Of a DNA stretch of 64,000 nucleotides, positions 12,790 through 27,520 are shown one piece after another. The translations under genes were made by a program, and so were the position numbers. The stretch comes from the human T2T-CHM13v2.0 reference genome, Homo sapiens, in assembly GCF_009914755.1 (NCBI RefSeq), contig NC_060937.1; one strand, written 5' to 3'. The notes beneath the pieces are model-generated. The model searched no databases. It saw nothing but the letters and a program-made list of their open reading frames with translations, and was not told the DNA's origin. Position 1 is the stretch's first letter. Each line of letters starts with the position of its first letter.

Positions 12790-12949
12790 TATCATTATTA
12801 AGAAAAAAAACTTGAGTAGTCTTCCTTAGTCATAAATCTGAAGCAAGAAAGTACGTAGTAACCTGGAGAAATCTCCTTTTCTTCATGTATTAGCAAAACG
12901 TGTCCTTCTAAATACCCCCTAGGTACTGAAAACTCTAAGGAAGGGTAGG

Positions 12950-14590
12950 AAAATCACAACTTCCAGAATGGCAGTGTGAAGGGCTTGCAGAAAACTTTCC
13001 CAGGAAGTCATCTATTAACCTGGTCAAAATTAGCAATGGTACTCATTCAATGTCTGGAGATTACTCAAAGGGCTTACAGCGAATTGAGAAGCATTTACTC
13101 CACAAAATCTAAGGAAACTCAGTAAAAGCAGCGTCAGGCAGTGGCATTCCAGTTAGGTACTGCACCTGTCCCCGACAGCTAAGCCATGTGGAAAAACTGC
13201 TCCAGCAGCTCCACAGCTGGGTGGCAGCTCTCTTTTCCCTGAACTCAATGAGCTGGAAAAGTAATTCCAGGTAGATTTGGTAGCTGGTGGACATCAGCAG
13301 ATTCCATCGTTCCAGACTCTGCAGATCTATAGTGGGCTGTCTAGGTAACCCAGCAAAAGTACCAGTTCAAGACAAATACTAGTACAGCAAGAACTCAACA
13401 AATAAAAGGCAACAAAACGAACAATAAGGACAATCTCTAAGAGGAATCTGTATTCAGAGTTGCTGTAATAGAAGGGAACTTCCTTAATCTGACAAAATGT
13501 ATCTATAAAAAACCCATCTCCAAAATCATACCTACTAATAAAAGACTGAAAGCTTTCCCTCTAAGAGCAGGAACAAGAAAGGATGTTGGCTCTTTCAGCC
13601 TCTATTCAACATTATAGTGGAGGTTCTAGCCAAGACAGCTGGGCATTAGGCAGGAAAAAGAAAAAGGAATCCAGATTAACAAAGAAGAAGTAAAGCTATC
13701 TCTAATTACATATGACATAAACTTGTAGAGATACAGAATTATGAATCCACTAAAAATAGTAAACTAATAAATGAGCTCAGGATATAAGATCCTCACAGAA
13801 GATCAGGATTGAAAGGTTGCAAAATTCAAGATCAATGAGATTTCTCTACACTAGCAATGAACAATAACAATCCAAAAGGGAGATTAAGAAAACGATCCCA
13901 TTTACAATAGAATCAAAAAGATTAAACCTTAGAAATAAATTTCATGAAAGGAGGATAGGACTTATTCACACAAAAAATACACAAAATGATACAAGTGTTG
14001 GGAAAAATAACTAAAGAGGACCTAAATGAATGGAAAGACATCCCATGTGCATTCATCAGAAGGTTTAATAATACTTAAATGGCAATAATCCCCACATTCC
14101 TCTACGGTTTCAGTGCAGTCTCTATTGAAACCCAGCTGCCTTTTTTTTTCTTGCAGAAAATGATGTTGATCCTAAAATGTATATGCAAATGCAAGAGACG
14201 AGGAATCCACAAACAATCTTTAAAAATAACGAGGTGGGAAGACTCACTCTTCCCGATTCCAAAACTTAGTACACAGCTACAGTAATCAAGACAAGTGTGG
14301 TGCTGGCTGGCACAGTAAAGATGTATAGATCAATGCAATAGAATTTCAACTGAATTCTATCTCACATCATTCACAAAAATTAACTCAGAATGGTCACAGA
14401 TCTAACGTAAGAGCTAAAATTGTAAAACTTTTAGAAAAAAACATGTAGAGATAAATCTCTGTGGTCTTGGAATAACAATGTGTTTTTACATATGACACTT
14501 AAAGCATAAGTGAAAATAAAAAAGAAAAAAATGATAAAATGGACTTCATCAAAATTTTTATGCTTCAAAACACCTTGAAGAAAGAGAAGA
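12950..14590 (+). mobile_element. Old L1M fragments (5' UTR-like part, then degenerate ORF2 from ~13470)
   Basis: gaagggaacttccttaatctgacaaaatgtatctataaaaaaccc...aagactgaaagctttccctctaagagcaggaacaag...atggacttcatcaaaatt are L1 ORF2 motifs. Confidence 0.8.
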
Positions 14591-17500
14591 CCATGTGTCT
14601 TGTTCATAGAAACACTCCATTACTGCAGAGATATTTCCTTGCCATAAATAATACTTCTCAATATACAGTGAAGTTTAAAAGAGATAAAATCTTAGGAGAA
14701 ATCATTGAACTCCTTCATTGAGAATGATCTAAGAAAGGGTGCTGATTTTCCATACTGGAACCCACCATCTCCCAGCCACTGATAGTCCTTCTGAACTTGC
14801 CTCCTGTTATCTGGGGCACCAGTTCTCTGGGATGGTGCTATAGCAGTCCTTCCCAGCACAATCTCTGGGGGTAGTTGCAACATCCAAGGATTTTAGCTGC
14901 ATGTCAAAAGCCATTAGAATTGCTTCTCCCCTTCCAGCTTCCCCATCCCAGAAATTAGTAAACACTTTTGTTTACCAAATATTTAAATGATAAGAATAGC
15001 TTGAAAGGAATAGACTTTACAACCTGCAAATGCATGTATCAAAGTGCATTTCACTTTAGAATGCTACTTGTGGATGTTATCTGCATCCTAGCCTATGAAG
15101 TCGGCCATGCCTATGCTATTCACGCCTTGGCATCTGTGTTAGGGCATAGTTTCCAGTAGTCAGTTCCAAAATCCTTTGACACTTTACGTCTGTTTTTTCT
15201 CATCTCCTCCATTCCCTGTCCTCATGCACATTAATCCAATACAAGATCTTTGACCCCATCACGCTTTGTCAGCATGGGACCTCTGGACATATTTCCTTGA
15301 CACAGGACATTCTCAGACAGAAGTCTATACAGATTGATTAACATTTCACCATCACTTTCCATGCAGTCATGCTTTTATCTAAGGAAGTCTGTTATTCCAA
15401 TTAATAAGACCCCAAAGCAGGACATGAATAATAAAATCAGCAAAGCATATTTCAGCAGAAGCCTATGAGTTGATCTGGCACAAGAATTCTGGCCACCCTA
15501 CCCTTTACCCTCAGGTCTACTATCACCGTTTTTAAATAAGATAAGCTGAACAAGTTGCTATCCCTTGCACTGTGAAAGAGCCCCATTAATACACATTTGT
15601 TCATGATATAAAAAGTGCATTTATTCAACAGACACGTATTTGCTCTGCACAATAGGGCATGCCTATGCTATATATTCAGAAAATGCAGATGTGTTCCCAA
15701 TCTCAAAGAGAATATAGCGTTTAGATTCCCAGATTTGAATCCAGTCTTGCTACTGTATCAGAATCACTGAGGGTGGGGCCTAGGAAAAAAAAGTTTCCAC
15801 GACGAACACATAATTAGGTCTACAATAGGGTTTTTCAAATTTGCTCATCTGTGGTTCCTTTTAATAAATATACAAACTTCACACTCTTTGAGTATGGACT
15901 AATTTTCCATTCAAAATTACCCTCTTTGAGAATTTCCTGGATGGGATATGAGTGCAGGGTTTTAGAAATTAAGTATTGTCACCAGCTAGGGATAATTTGC
16001 CAAGCTGTGTTTTTTTTAAACAAGTGTTTCCCAGACAAATAATAATGGGTGCTTCTTCTTCACTTTTTGCTAACCAATCCCTCCTGCTATGTTGAAAATT
16101 ACTCACTTATATCTAAAAGTGATGAGATGCTAGGTCTTTACAGTCTTTTCTCTACATCTCTTTTTATTCTTTCTCTCGTATAACTATTCTATACAATTTA
16201 AAACTCATTGGAACTCAGCATTTTATAAAACCTTTTTTTATTAGTTCTAATGCCTTGTGAATAATTAACTGACAATTTATAAGCAAGATGTGCTTGTAAC
16301 ATTTATGAGGACAAAAAAAATAGATAACAGTAAGTAAGAACCCAGGTTAAGCTGGTAGTTGTACAAGCGAATCAGGTATAAAGAGCAGATGAACTCCACT
16401 GGGCCCAAATGGACTACCTCACATAGTATATGCTGCTCAGATGGTGAATAGGTCAATCTGATTTCCCTATGACAAATCTCTACACACACCAGTAAAGACC
16501 AATGTTTTTTCTTATATAGATAAGATTCCACATTGCTCACTTGGTTCACATCTTTTAGTTAATTCTAAGACCAATATTATTCCTAGTAGAAAGTTCAGCT
16601 TTTAGATACATGTTAACTTGAACTTCAAATGCTTTAGGGCCAGCATGTCATTTGCATGAAAATGCAACATGTCAAAATTTCTATTTTGCATGAAAATATC
16701 ACTCAGTTTTACTTTTTAGAAAACAACATATTGTCCCTGATTTTCTACTGTCGGTGGATTTGTTGTTACTCTCCTTTGGTCATATATTTGGGAACAAAGA
16801 TTTAAAAAGATAAAACAGCATTTTGCTACCCAGCATCCATTAAGCCATTTTAAGCAACCATTATCTCAAAACACTTTGGGGTACAGCTGTCATTTAGGTC
16901 TTGATTGTTTAAAAAACAAAAAACAAAAAAAAGAAAGAAAGAGAAATAGAGTAGGAGAGGAAGGCGTGGAGGGATATAGGAGAACATGAACATATTACAA
17001 GACTTTACAGAAGAATATGAAAAGAGAGCAGGGGTTCATGTAAACTCAAGTTATGGAGAGCTGCTGCTGCTGCTCCCATTCGTTTTCCTCTCCTTCCCCC
17101 ACACCACAGGGGCTTCTAGAATATGGATATTCCCTTCTAAGAATCATTCTAGATAATAATAATAGACGAAGAGATTTTTATCTGAGATTTAATTAATTCC
17201 AGAGAAAATATAAACCACTCCTTTGTGGTATATTTTATGTCTCCCAAACTTAAGCACCAATCAAGATATTATTTTGTAAGTATACCATAGCGGTAAAATA
17301 GAAAAAACTCTACAGGAAGCCTCCCAAACTTGGAAGAAATAGATTACCCATTGAGTGGTGAGATTCACACTTACTGTGTCTGGGAGTCACTTATTAAGGA
17401 GTCAAAATCTCCCTGGCCAAAAATCTGATTGAATAGAGCATGGAAAGAAGAGCTGAGAAATATAAGAGAAAGTAATGGGTATTCCTGTATCTCACTAATG

Positions 17501-18298
17501 TATGAACAGAGAGATGAGTTTACCATGAAATCAATTAAAGAAGTCAGCGGGTAAAAACTAAGCTGTGTTAACCTGACTCTATGCCTGGGGAGAGGCAGAG
17601 TATCTGGGGGCCTTATCATCAGCACTAGAAAGATTTTCACTTTGTGGGGTGGGAGGAGATGGGGCAGGGATGCTCATCAAAAATCTCCAGGGCTTTAGAT
17701 ATTCCTCAAGACTATCACTTTTATTTTGCTCTGCTTGACTGATTACCAGGAACATTCCAGTTACTAAGGCAGATTTCCATGCATCATGATATTTATCAAT
17801 GCAAAACAACAAACAAAAGTATTACAAGCACTAAAAATGAGCCACAAATTGCACAGTATAAATTCAACTGGAATTCCAGTTTATATGCAAGTTTCTTGTA
17901 AATTTGGAAAGCATGTGCCACTCTTTCTCTATTAAATAAACTCCAGATACCCTGACAAAAATCTAGTTTCTGGTCTTTGCCCTGACCTCTGTTTATCCTA
18001 TGAAAACCCTGCCATCCTGTGAGGTGCTGTTAAATGGAAACTGGCATGTTTCTCTCATTGATCTCAAAATAAAACCTGTTCTGCTTCTTCATCTTGTTAT
18101 TCTCTAATATCAGAAGTGCAAACAAAACTTATGTATTTGAAAGAATGATATCAATGGTGCAAATGAGGTAAACTTCTATCTTCCTTACAAGGTTTCTGAA
18201 AATGTGTGTTTTTCTATCCATGACCTGTTGCAAGGTATACGGTGAGTTGACATCCCTGCCCTCAGGCAACTTACTATCCAGCTAGATATTTTAAAATG

Positions 18299-18774
18299 TG
18301 TGGCAGAGACTGTTAACACCACTTCCCCTAATATTCAATCTTTTTTAATATAATAGAACGCACTCATCTTTTAGTACAGATGCCCAGAATGTCCCCGCCT
18401 CACTCACAGCTAGATAAGGCCCCCATGACTGAAATGTAAGCAGTGCTGTGAAGTGGCAACTCCCAGACACTGTCCTATAAAGAGAGTTGCAGCTTGGGCT
18501 TTCTCCACTTTCCTACCTTCTCTAAACTACTGCAATGGAACATGGACACAGTGGCTGCACAGGGAGGACTGGAATACACTATAGAAATGAAGGAGCAGAA
18601 AACCATCATCAGTGTGTTGGATCCTACATGATCTACACTGCATGTGCCACACCAGCCTGGATTGCCTCAACTCGACTTTTGCAAGAGACTTTTCATGAAG
18701 TGCTATCTTGTTTAAGACATTATTCTTCAGCTCTGACTCTGATCACAAAACAGGTACAAAATAATGACTAAACA
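18299..18774 (+). mobile_element. Old MLT1-family MaLR LTR
   Basis: Starts tgtggcagagactg, contains gcctcactcacagctagataaggccccatgact...aaatgtaagcag, ends actaaaca. Confidence 0.6.
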
Positions 18775-19185
18775 ATATCCAAAATAATTATGCTAATGAA
18801 AGGCATTTTTCAATAAATATGAACGGAGGGTGTCTTAGGTGCCTGGCTCTGCGTGAGTAAGAACTGTATGCCCAGCTGTCACTGATTTTACTAACATAAG
18901 GCTTGGTATGATTAAGTACCTAACAAGCTGTGTAGGCAATAAGTGCTGAAAAGTCACAGAAAGCAGACAACTGTGTGGATTTGAGTCTTTAGATAATCAT
19001 AAAAAGATACCCCATGAGCTGGACCTTACCAGAAGAACGGTAATTAAAGAGGAAGGATGAAAAATAATCTCATCAAGACAAATAAGGACAAAAAGATATC
19101 AAAAGTAGGGCCCAGTGAGGATACCCTTTGGTTGGAATAAAGTTACTTTTAAGGGACTGAGATATGGCTAGAAAAAAGTTTAGGG

Positions 19186-19533
19186 CAGGTTCCCCAATCC
19201 CCGAGCCATAGATCAGTATTCATCTGTGGCCTGTTAGGAACCGGGCCATACAGCAGGAGGTGAGCAGTGGGTGAGCCAGCAATACTGCCTGAGCTCCATC
19301 TCCTGTCAGATCAGCAGGCATTAGATTCTCATAGGCACATAAACCCTATTGTAAAATGCGGATGCAAAGGATCTAGGTTGTGCGCTCCTTATGAGAATGT
19401 AACTAATGCCTGATGATCTGAGGTGGAACAGTTTCATCCTGAAACTATCCCCTCAAACCCCCAAACTCTCATTCGTGCAAACATTGCCCTCCACGAAACA
19501 GGTCCCTGGAGCCAAAAAGGTTGGGGACCAATG
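19186..19533. mobile_element. MER1B-like hAT-Charlie DNA transposon, full length
   Basis: TIRs caggttccccaatcc / ggttggggaccaatg and a perfect 8-bp TSD gtttaggg (19178-19185, 19534-19541). Confidence 0.9.
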
Positions 19534-19729
19534 GTTTAGGGGCAAGCTGAATTTGAATTTCCACCTTGGGTAATGACGGTAGGGAGGGCTAATGAAAAAT
19601 GTTGGTGAGTTCTGAAAATTTCAGGATGACCGCCTCTCTGCTTCACTTTCAAGTTCAAATCTGTGCATAACACAATAAAGAGAAGCAGCATTGCCTGCAA
19701 ATCTCCTCTGTGACAAGCCTTCTATTATC

Positions 19730-19920
19730 AATTATTTTATTTAATCCTCACAATAATCTCATCGAGTAAGACTCATCATCACTAACTTTATAGGTGAGAA
19801 AACTGAAGTATTAAGTAGTCAAGAAAATTATTCAGTATTATTCAAACAACAAATGGCAAAAGCCACCTCTTGAACCCAGTTCTGTATGGTACCCAAATTC
19901 TACCCCTTTCCATCTTACCC
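19730..19920 (-). mobile_element. MIR SINE
   Basis: atttaatcctcacaataatct...tttataggtgagaaaactgaag...ttgaacccagttctgt. Confidence 0.7.
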
Positions 19921-21756
19921 CATGATTGCTCTCGATACCTAGATGACAAATACAGAGCTGACAGTGAGAATTATACTTTGGTTATAAAATACTATACTAC
20001 TAATAACATGTTTTAAGCAAACATTCAGGTCAACCATCTTGACTGAATTTTTTCTAAGAATAGAAAAGGGTGTAATTCTATGAGTTGATGAATGTCTTCT
20101 TGGATTACTTTATTTGATTTTTAACATAAAAGCATTAAGCATAAAAAGCACAAAGAGTAAAATTAAATTAGAACGGAATAAAAGTAATCAATTCTTATTA
20201 GATATTCCATACCCAAGATCACAAATCTTCAAGGCTATTTAAAAAATAATTGCTACATTATTGAGAGGCCTTGGCTTTGAAACATATAGTAAAAAGAACT
20301 TGGCTTTGAAATCTTTCTCTGCTACAAGACATTGCTGGGCGTTTAGCTCAAATTCTAAGATTAAAAAAAAAAAAAAAAACCCATGAAAATGCTGATTCAA
20401 CACTATAAGGACAATGATTTCCTCTAGCCTTTATTGCATGCCTAAGCACTTACAATTTTTAAAGTGTAGCTGTTTTGTGAATGAACCCAGAGGATATAAT
20501 TTCAACTATGCAATCAAGTCATTTTATTATATGACATCACTTATATCAAGTGAATTTTCTTCTGGTACTAAGCAAACATAAATAACTGTAAATGTCAGTG
20601 AGCTCATTGAGAAAGCAGGATTTAAAGTAATGAAGTAATCCTTGATTATAGTATTGATTACAAACAAAAATTTGTAATGTATGTTTGCAAGTGGGATTTA
20701 TTTCAGAATATCTATATTTTGCCCTCAGATATATCAAGCTCTGGCTTTTACATGAACCCTTTAAAGATCTCTAATTCATATAATCACTATCTAACTTACC
20801 ATTTCAGGTTCTAAATTTCCATCTGATAAGTCAAAAGTTTAGATATTCACTGCCCATGCACCTTCTCATGTATCTAACCAGTTCATGGGGCATGTTTTCC
20901 TTTTGAGCTCAAAGCTAGGTGAATGGATGACTTAAATAGTAACCCTATTGATTTTGAAAACTACTAAAAGCTATAATAAACACATCTGACCTCAGAGGAA
21001 TATACACTGCATGCAAAAAAATAAGTATATAATATTTTTAACTTTATTAAAATCTAAATAGAGGACCCTCTAGAAATTCAGATCAACACCTACCTGTATA
21101 ACCAACATTTATACCAGCTGTATGGGTAGGCAGATAGTGGAAAGGAACTCACAAGTATCTCAAAGAATTGACAAATATTTGTTGACTATCTTTACTTCCC
21201 AAATATGTTTAGAACATTTATTTGTCACTAATATGCACCAAGGACTATTCTAAGTGTTTTAACTTAATCTTTATGAGATGTGTACTGTGGTTATCAGTCC
21301 ATTTTACAGTTCTGTATCCTCAAAGGGATACCTAGCATGGTCTTAATCCCTCTTTGAAGAGTGTAGCAAGACTACCAGGTATGGCTATATTGGCCTACTG
21401 GAACCTTAGAAGTCAAGTTGGGGGAGGGAGGAAAAATAAAAGCCAATGGTCATTCAAAGAACAAAATGTCATCAGAGAATACATCAAGACCTTGAAGAGG
21501 ACCTGAGAGTTAATACACAGGCAAAAGCCAAGCCCAACAGGCAAAGACTCAGGATGGTGGTTGAAAACATTAATCAGAAGACAGAAGAAATTATAATAAG
21601 AGCTTCAGTGATTCAGAGAAAGGCAAGAGGATCTAGGCCAACTTCCTGAGACAATCCCACAACCTTTCTGTAAGGTATGTGGATAAGCTGGTCTGATTAA
21701 AAGCCCAGTGGGAACATACAATGTCCCCCCGATTCATGCCCTACACTCTTCCCAAC

Positions 21757-21901
21757 TAGTGTTTCTCATATTAAATGCTTCTCTAGGTAAGATAACGATG
21801 CTAATTCAGTCGGTCTAGGGTGGGGGCAGAGAGTCTGCTTTCCTAACAAGATCCTTGGTGATGCTGATTTGTGGGCCACAAGACCACTCTTTGAATAGCA
21901 A
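21757..21901. mobile_element. MER5-family DNA transposon remnant
   Basis: aattcagtcggtctagggtggggg...taacaagatccttggtgatgctgat...gaccactctttgaatagc. Confidence 0.7.
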
Positions 21902-21936
21902 GCCTCCCAAAACCTTCCACTGACATTGACATGTTT

Positions 21937-22376
21937 CTTCTACCAGAGGTAATCTGACTTCACCAGTGGAATTTCCTGACCTTCTTCCATTTCTCAAACC
22001 CATATCCCCCGTCTCAACCCCCAGAAGAAGACCTTACCCTTAGTAGTGAGGGACCTCTGCCCCTTCCCTACCAATTCTGCAGCTATGCACATTCAGCACT
22101 TGTTCCTGGTAGAACTCCTGATCTTGCACATGAGCTGGGGAATGGTAAGAGCCCAGGAGCATACATGGGGAGTGGAAGCAGGCAAACAAAAAAAGCAGCT
22201 GTGGGTCAAGGCATATCACTAGTAAAACTAAGAAAGAACTTTGAGAAATATTGTTATAAATGACACCTAACGTTTAGAAAAGTACTGTACTTCAGCCAAA
22301 TACAGGGGTAAAAATAAGATTCATCAGGATCCAAATCACTGCTTAAATCATTGGTTCTACAGCATACTGTTTTGAT
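21937..22376 (+). repeat. ~440-bp direct repeat, copy 1
   Basis: Aligns end to end with 25516-25961 (about 29 substitutions plus one ~6-nt indel by manual count). Confidence 0.97.
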
Positions 22377-24124
22377 TTCCAAAAGCAGCCAACAAATTAC
22401 ATTTAGATGTAACTAAATCATAGTTTGGGGCATGCTTATACATATAATGAAAAAATATAAACTTGTACTTGACTCAAAAGAAATTGTACCATCCAATTCA
22501 ACATTACTGGACTTTTACTTCTATGTGTAAAAATAAGCACACCACCAGAAGCTGACTTAGAGCAGCTATAAAAGTTACAGCAAAATTTCAGTTTTAATAA
22601 GCATATTCACTGAGTTTTTTAAATTTTGGAGAAAGTTTAGATGATTTACTTCCTCTTTGTCCATCATTTTTAATATTTATAATCCATTTTAATAAAACTT
22701 TTGGTTTGGGAAGTCAGAAGCTTCTCCAAATTTTTACAATTTGGCCAAGTTTAAATAATCAGTGATATTCATCAATATTTCAATTATTTAACAACTTAAA
22801 ACCAGATGTTTAAGTCCCATGAAAAGAAATCTCCCCCTCCCATTAAACACTAATTTTCAAATTGACGTTTCATATTTTACCCAAATGCAACAGCACAGCT
22901 GCTTCCAGAAAGTTTACCAGACTGAAAAGTTTGAACACTTTTATTACTACTGCAAGTTTCTTGACAAGGTTCTTTTCTTTGAAAATATTCTGCTTAAAAC
23001 AACATTTATTTTAGCTCTAAAAATTCTCTTCATCAAAACCCTTTTAGAATTTAAATGCATTGCCACACTGAATGTGCCGAAATATGAAACAATTTTGTTA
23101 AAAAATAAGTCCTCAGTATCATCTGTTTTTAATAACATATCAATATTTTTATATACAAATGTGTGTATATAAAGCTAATATATATTTAGAATGCCAAAAT
23201 GATCTTGTCATAATGAAGTAAGAAAGTTAAACTTCAGACAATTTCCTTTCTTTCTGACCTATACTCCTGAAATACAGAAAAATTAACAAATTCTTCGCAC
23301 ATACCTGCACCTAGTTGCTAGATACCTACTAGGAAACATAAAATATTACCATCATTAAAATATAAAACAAGGAAAGTAAATAATATTCTTTTCCTTTTTG
23401 CCCTTTATTTTAAAAACTATGGATATAATAAGCTTACAATATTCATAATCCTCGTATGACTTCTAAAATTTTTCATATCAACTCACTTAGTTCTATTAAA
23501 CTCATCTCAAGAAGAAGGATAATTCCTCGAGAGCAGAGGGAAGAAGACACTTCCTCCATCCTCCCACTGGACTCCTGTTTGTATCTGTGCAGGTCACTAA
23601 AGATGCAGTGCTTCTGATGCAAAGTTCACTGATGTGAGGCAAGTTTCCTGCCAGTTGCTTGGGCTCTAACAGGGTCCCTATCACAGGCGGTCTATTTTGT
23701 GGCTGCAATTCTGCAACAGATGCCTCAAGGTGCCCTGGTAGCTGGTGTCCTACAGAAACATCGCTGTAGCAGCAGCTTGGCCCCTTTATTCTCAGTGGAA
23801 CACACCGTTTCTAATCTGTTCAGGATAGAAAACCTGGATGAAAAAAGACTGAATACAACTGTTCTGCCTGTCAAAGGGAAAGAAAAACATTGTTGAATCT
23901 CTGAAAATGTTCCTCTGAGGAGAAAAGAAAGAGAAGCAATGTTTTAGGTATGGAGTGGCAGTGTCTGTACAAACAGACCACTTAATTCACAACAGCTTGA
24001 GGGTCAAAGGAAAAATTAAGATGATTATGCTTAAAATTGCTAATGTAGGATTAAAAGTTCATTTCCATCCAGGTTTCTTGGCTCACATGGACTGCCAAGA
24101 TAAAATTATTGAAATAAAAATAAT

Positions 24125-25406
<1,282 letters not shown>

Positions 25407-25515
25407 AAATAAAAATAATGAAGAAGTTTAAAAGTTTCAAAGAAAAAGTTCTTTTTAGAAACTCAGAGTTTGTCTCAATATGATATTTATAAGGGCCCTT
25501 AATCTATATTTAGTA

Positions 25516-25961
25516 CTTCTACCAGAGGTAATATGACTTCACCAGTGGAATTTCCTGACCTTCTTCCATTTCTCAAACCCATATCCCCCGTCTCAACCCC
25601 CAGAAGAAGACCTTACCCTTAGTAGTGAGGGACCTCTGCCCCTTCTCTACCAATTCTGCAGCTACGCACATTCAGCGCTTGTTCACGTTAGAACTCCTGA
25701 TCTTGCACATGAGCTGGGGAATGGTAAGAGCCCAGGAGCATACATGGGGAGTGGAAGCAGGCAAACAAGTAAAGCAACTGTAAGTCAAGGTGCATCCCTG
25801 GTAAAACTAATAAGGAACTTTGAGAAATATTGTTATAAAAGACATCTAAGGTTTAGAAAAGTATGGGCACTACTCTTCAGCCAAACACAGGGGTAAAAAT
25901 AGGATTCATCAGGATCCAAGTCACTGCTTAAATCATTGTTTCTACAGGATACTGTATTGAT
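25516..25961 (+). repeat. ~440-bp direct repeat, copy 2
   Basis: Same sequence as 21937-22376, offset 3579 nt. Confidence 0.97.
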
Positions 25962-27014
25962 AGCAGAAGTACTCCTGCTGGCATGAAACACTGATGATTC
26001 CTGAGGGTCTATGGACAAGTCCCATAGTTTCTAAGAGTCTATATGTCTGCATCTCAGAAGACTATAGACATTGAACTTAATGATACAAAAGATGTTTACC
26101 AATTCCCTCCTGAGGCTTAGTTATATTTTCCCTTCACTCATTATTGCAAAAAGTCTACACCCAATCATCCCATTAACTACTCAATTAACAACATAGTTTC
26201 ACTCAGCAGGCCTTTTCTCAAAAGCCCAAGTAAATGTCCTGCCACATTAAAAGAAACTGCTATTAAAAATAAACATAAACACACTTTAACTGAATGTATG
26301 TCCATGTTGGGTTTATTATTCCACAATTAATTGCCCATCAATTAAAAAAATGGCAGAGAAAAAAAACAAATATATTAGTGATATTTAAAGAATCCAAAGG
26401 TTCCAGGGGAGAAATGAAGTAATAAATAGTAAGGAGCTAAGCGGAAAGGCAGAATCTAATTGTAAAATTTCCATGTGAATTGTTTTGTAGTTGCTTTAGG
26501 GAAAGAAGAGCTAATGACTTGTCAACCTGAAACCATAGCGGCTCTTCTGCAAATATCACTACTCAAGTATCAGTTAATGCTCAAAGGCTAAACAAGACAG
26601 TATCTACAGCATTACAAGTTTTCTGTCAAAAACATTATATTTATAGATGAAATTGGCCTTGCTACAAAGAGAAAATTGAATTTAAAAAGTTAATGAGAAA
26701 CTTTTTATTGAATTGAACAACATGCACTGTATTACAATAGCATAATACTTCCATGACCGTTTCTGTGGCATTTACACAGTTCATTATCTAAAATTAATTA
26801 GTTTAACAACAAATTAAAACATTAAATATCATAACCATATATTTTATAATTATCTCAATTTTATATTACTAATATACTTCAGAATTAATAAGTAATTAGT
26901 TATAACTTTTATGTACTTTGTAGATGTGGATGTGCTTTACTGATTAAATTAACTATTGCTATCATTTTCATGGGGCCATCTAACATTTTAAAAATCAGAA
27001 TATTAGCTTTATTT

Positions 27015-27520
27015 TATTTTATTTTTAAACAATTTCAATTTAGAGAAAAGTTGAAAGAATGGTATCAAGAATATTCTTAAAATAACCATATGAGAATGCA
27101 ATTTTAACATGATGCTTCATTACTCCTATTTTATTTGAATCTCCTACCAAAAAAAGGATATTTCATATATAACTACAATACAATCATAGAAATCAGTAAA
27201 TTTTCACTTATGTAATATTTTCCTCTATTCCACAGACCCCAGTGAAATTTCATCAATTGCACCAACAATGTATTCAAATGGCAAAAACACATCCAGTTCA
27301 AAAAATAAACTTTATTCAATTTTCATGTCTCTTTTATCTCCTTCATTCTAGAAGCACTTTAGTCTTTCCTCAATTTTTATAACATTGGTAATTTTGAAAT
27401 TATAGGCTGGTTATTTATTTTTTTAGAATGTTCCTCAAATTGTGTTTTCTTGATATTTTAGATTCAGGTTTTTCATCTTAACAGAATTATGACATAAGTG
27501 ATGTGTATTGTTTTCATGGC
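27015..27520 (-). mobile_element. Old L1MC/ME 3' UTR fragment
   Basis: ttttaaacaatttcaatttagagaaaagttgaaagaatggta...aaggatatttcatatataactacaatacaatcat...gtctcttttatctccttcattctagaa. Confidence 0.65.

Noticed and set aside
23502-23800. Processed pseudogene of a protein-coding gene
   Set aside because: No recognisable protein in any frame, and no poly(A) tail with TSD. Retained only as an exon-like lead.
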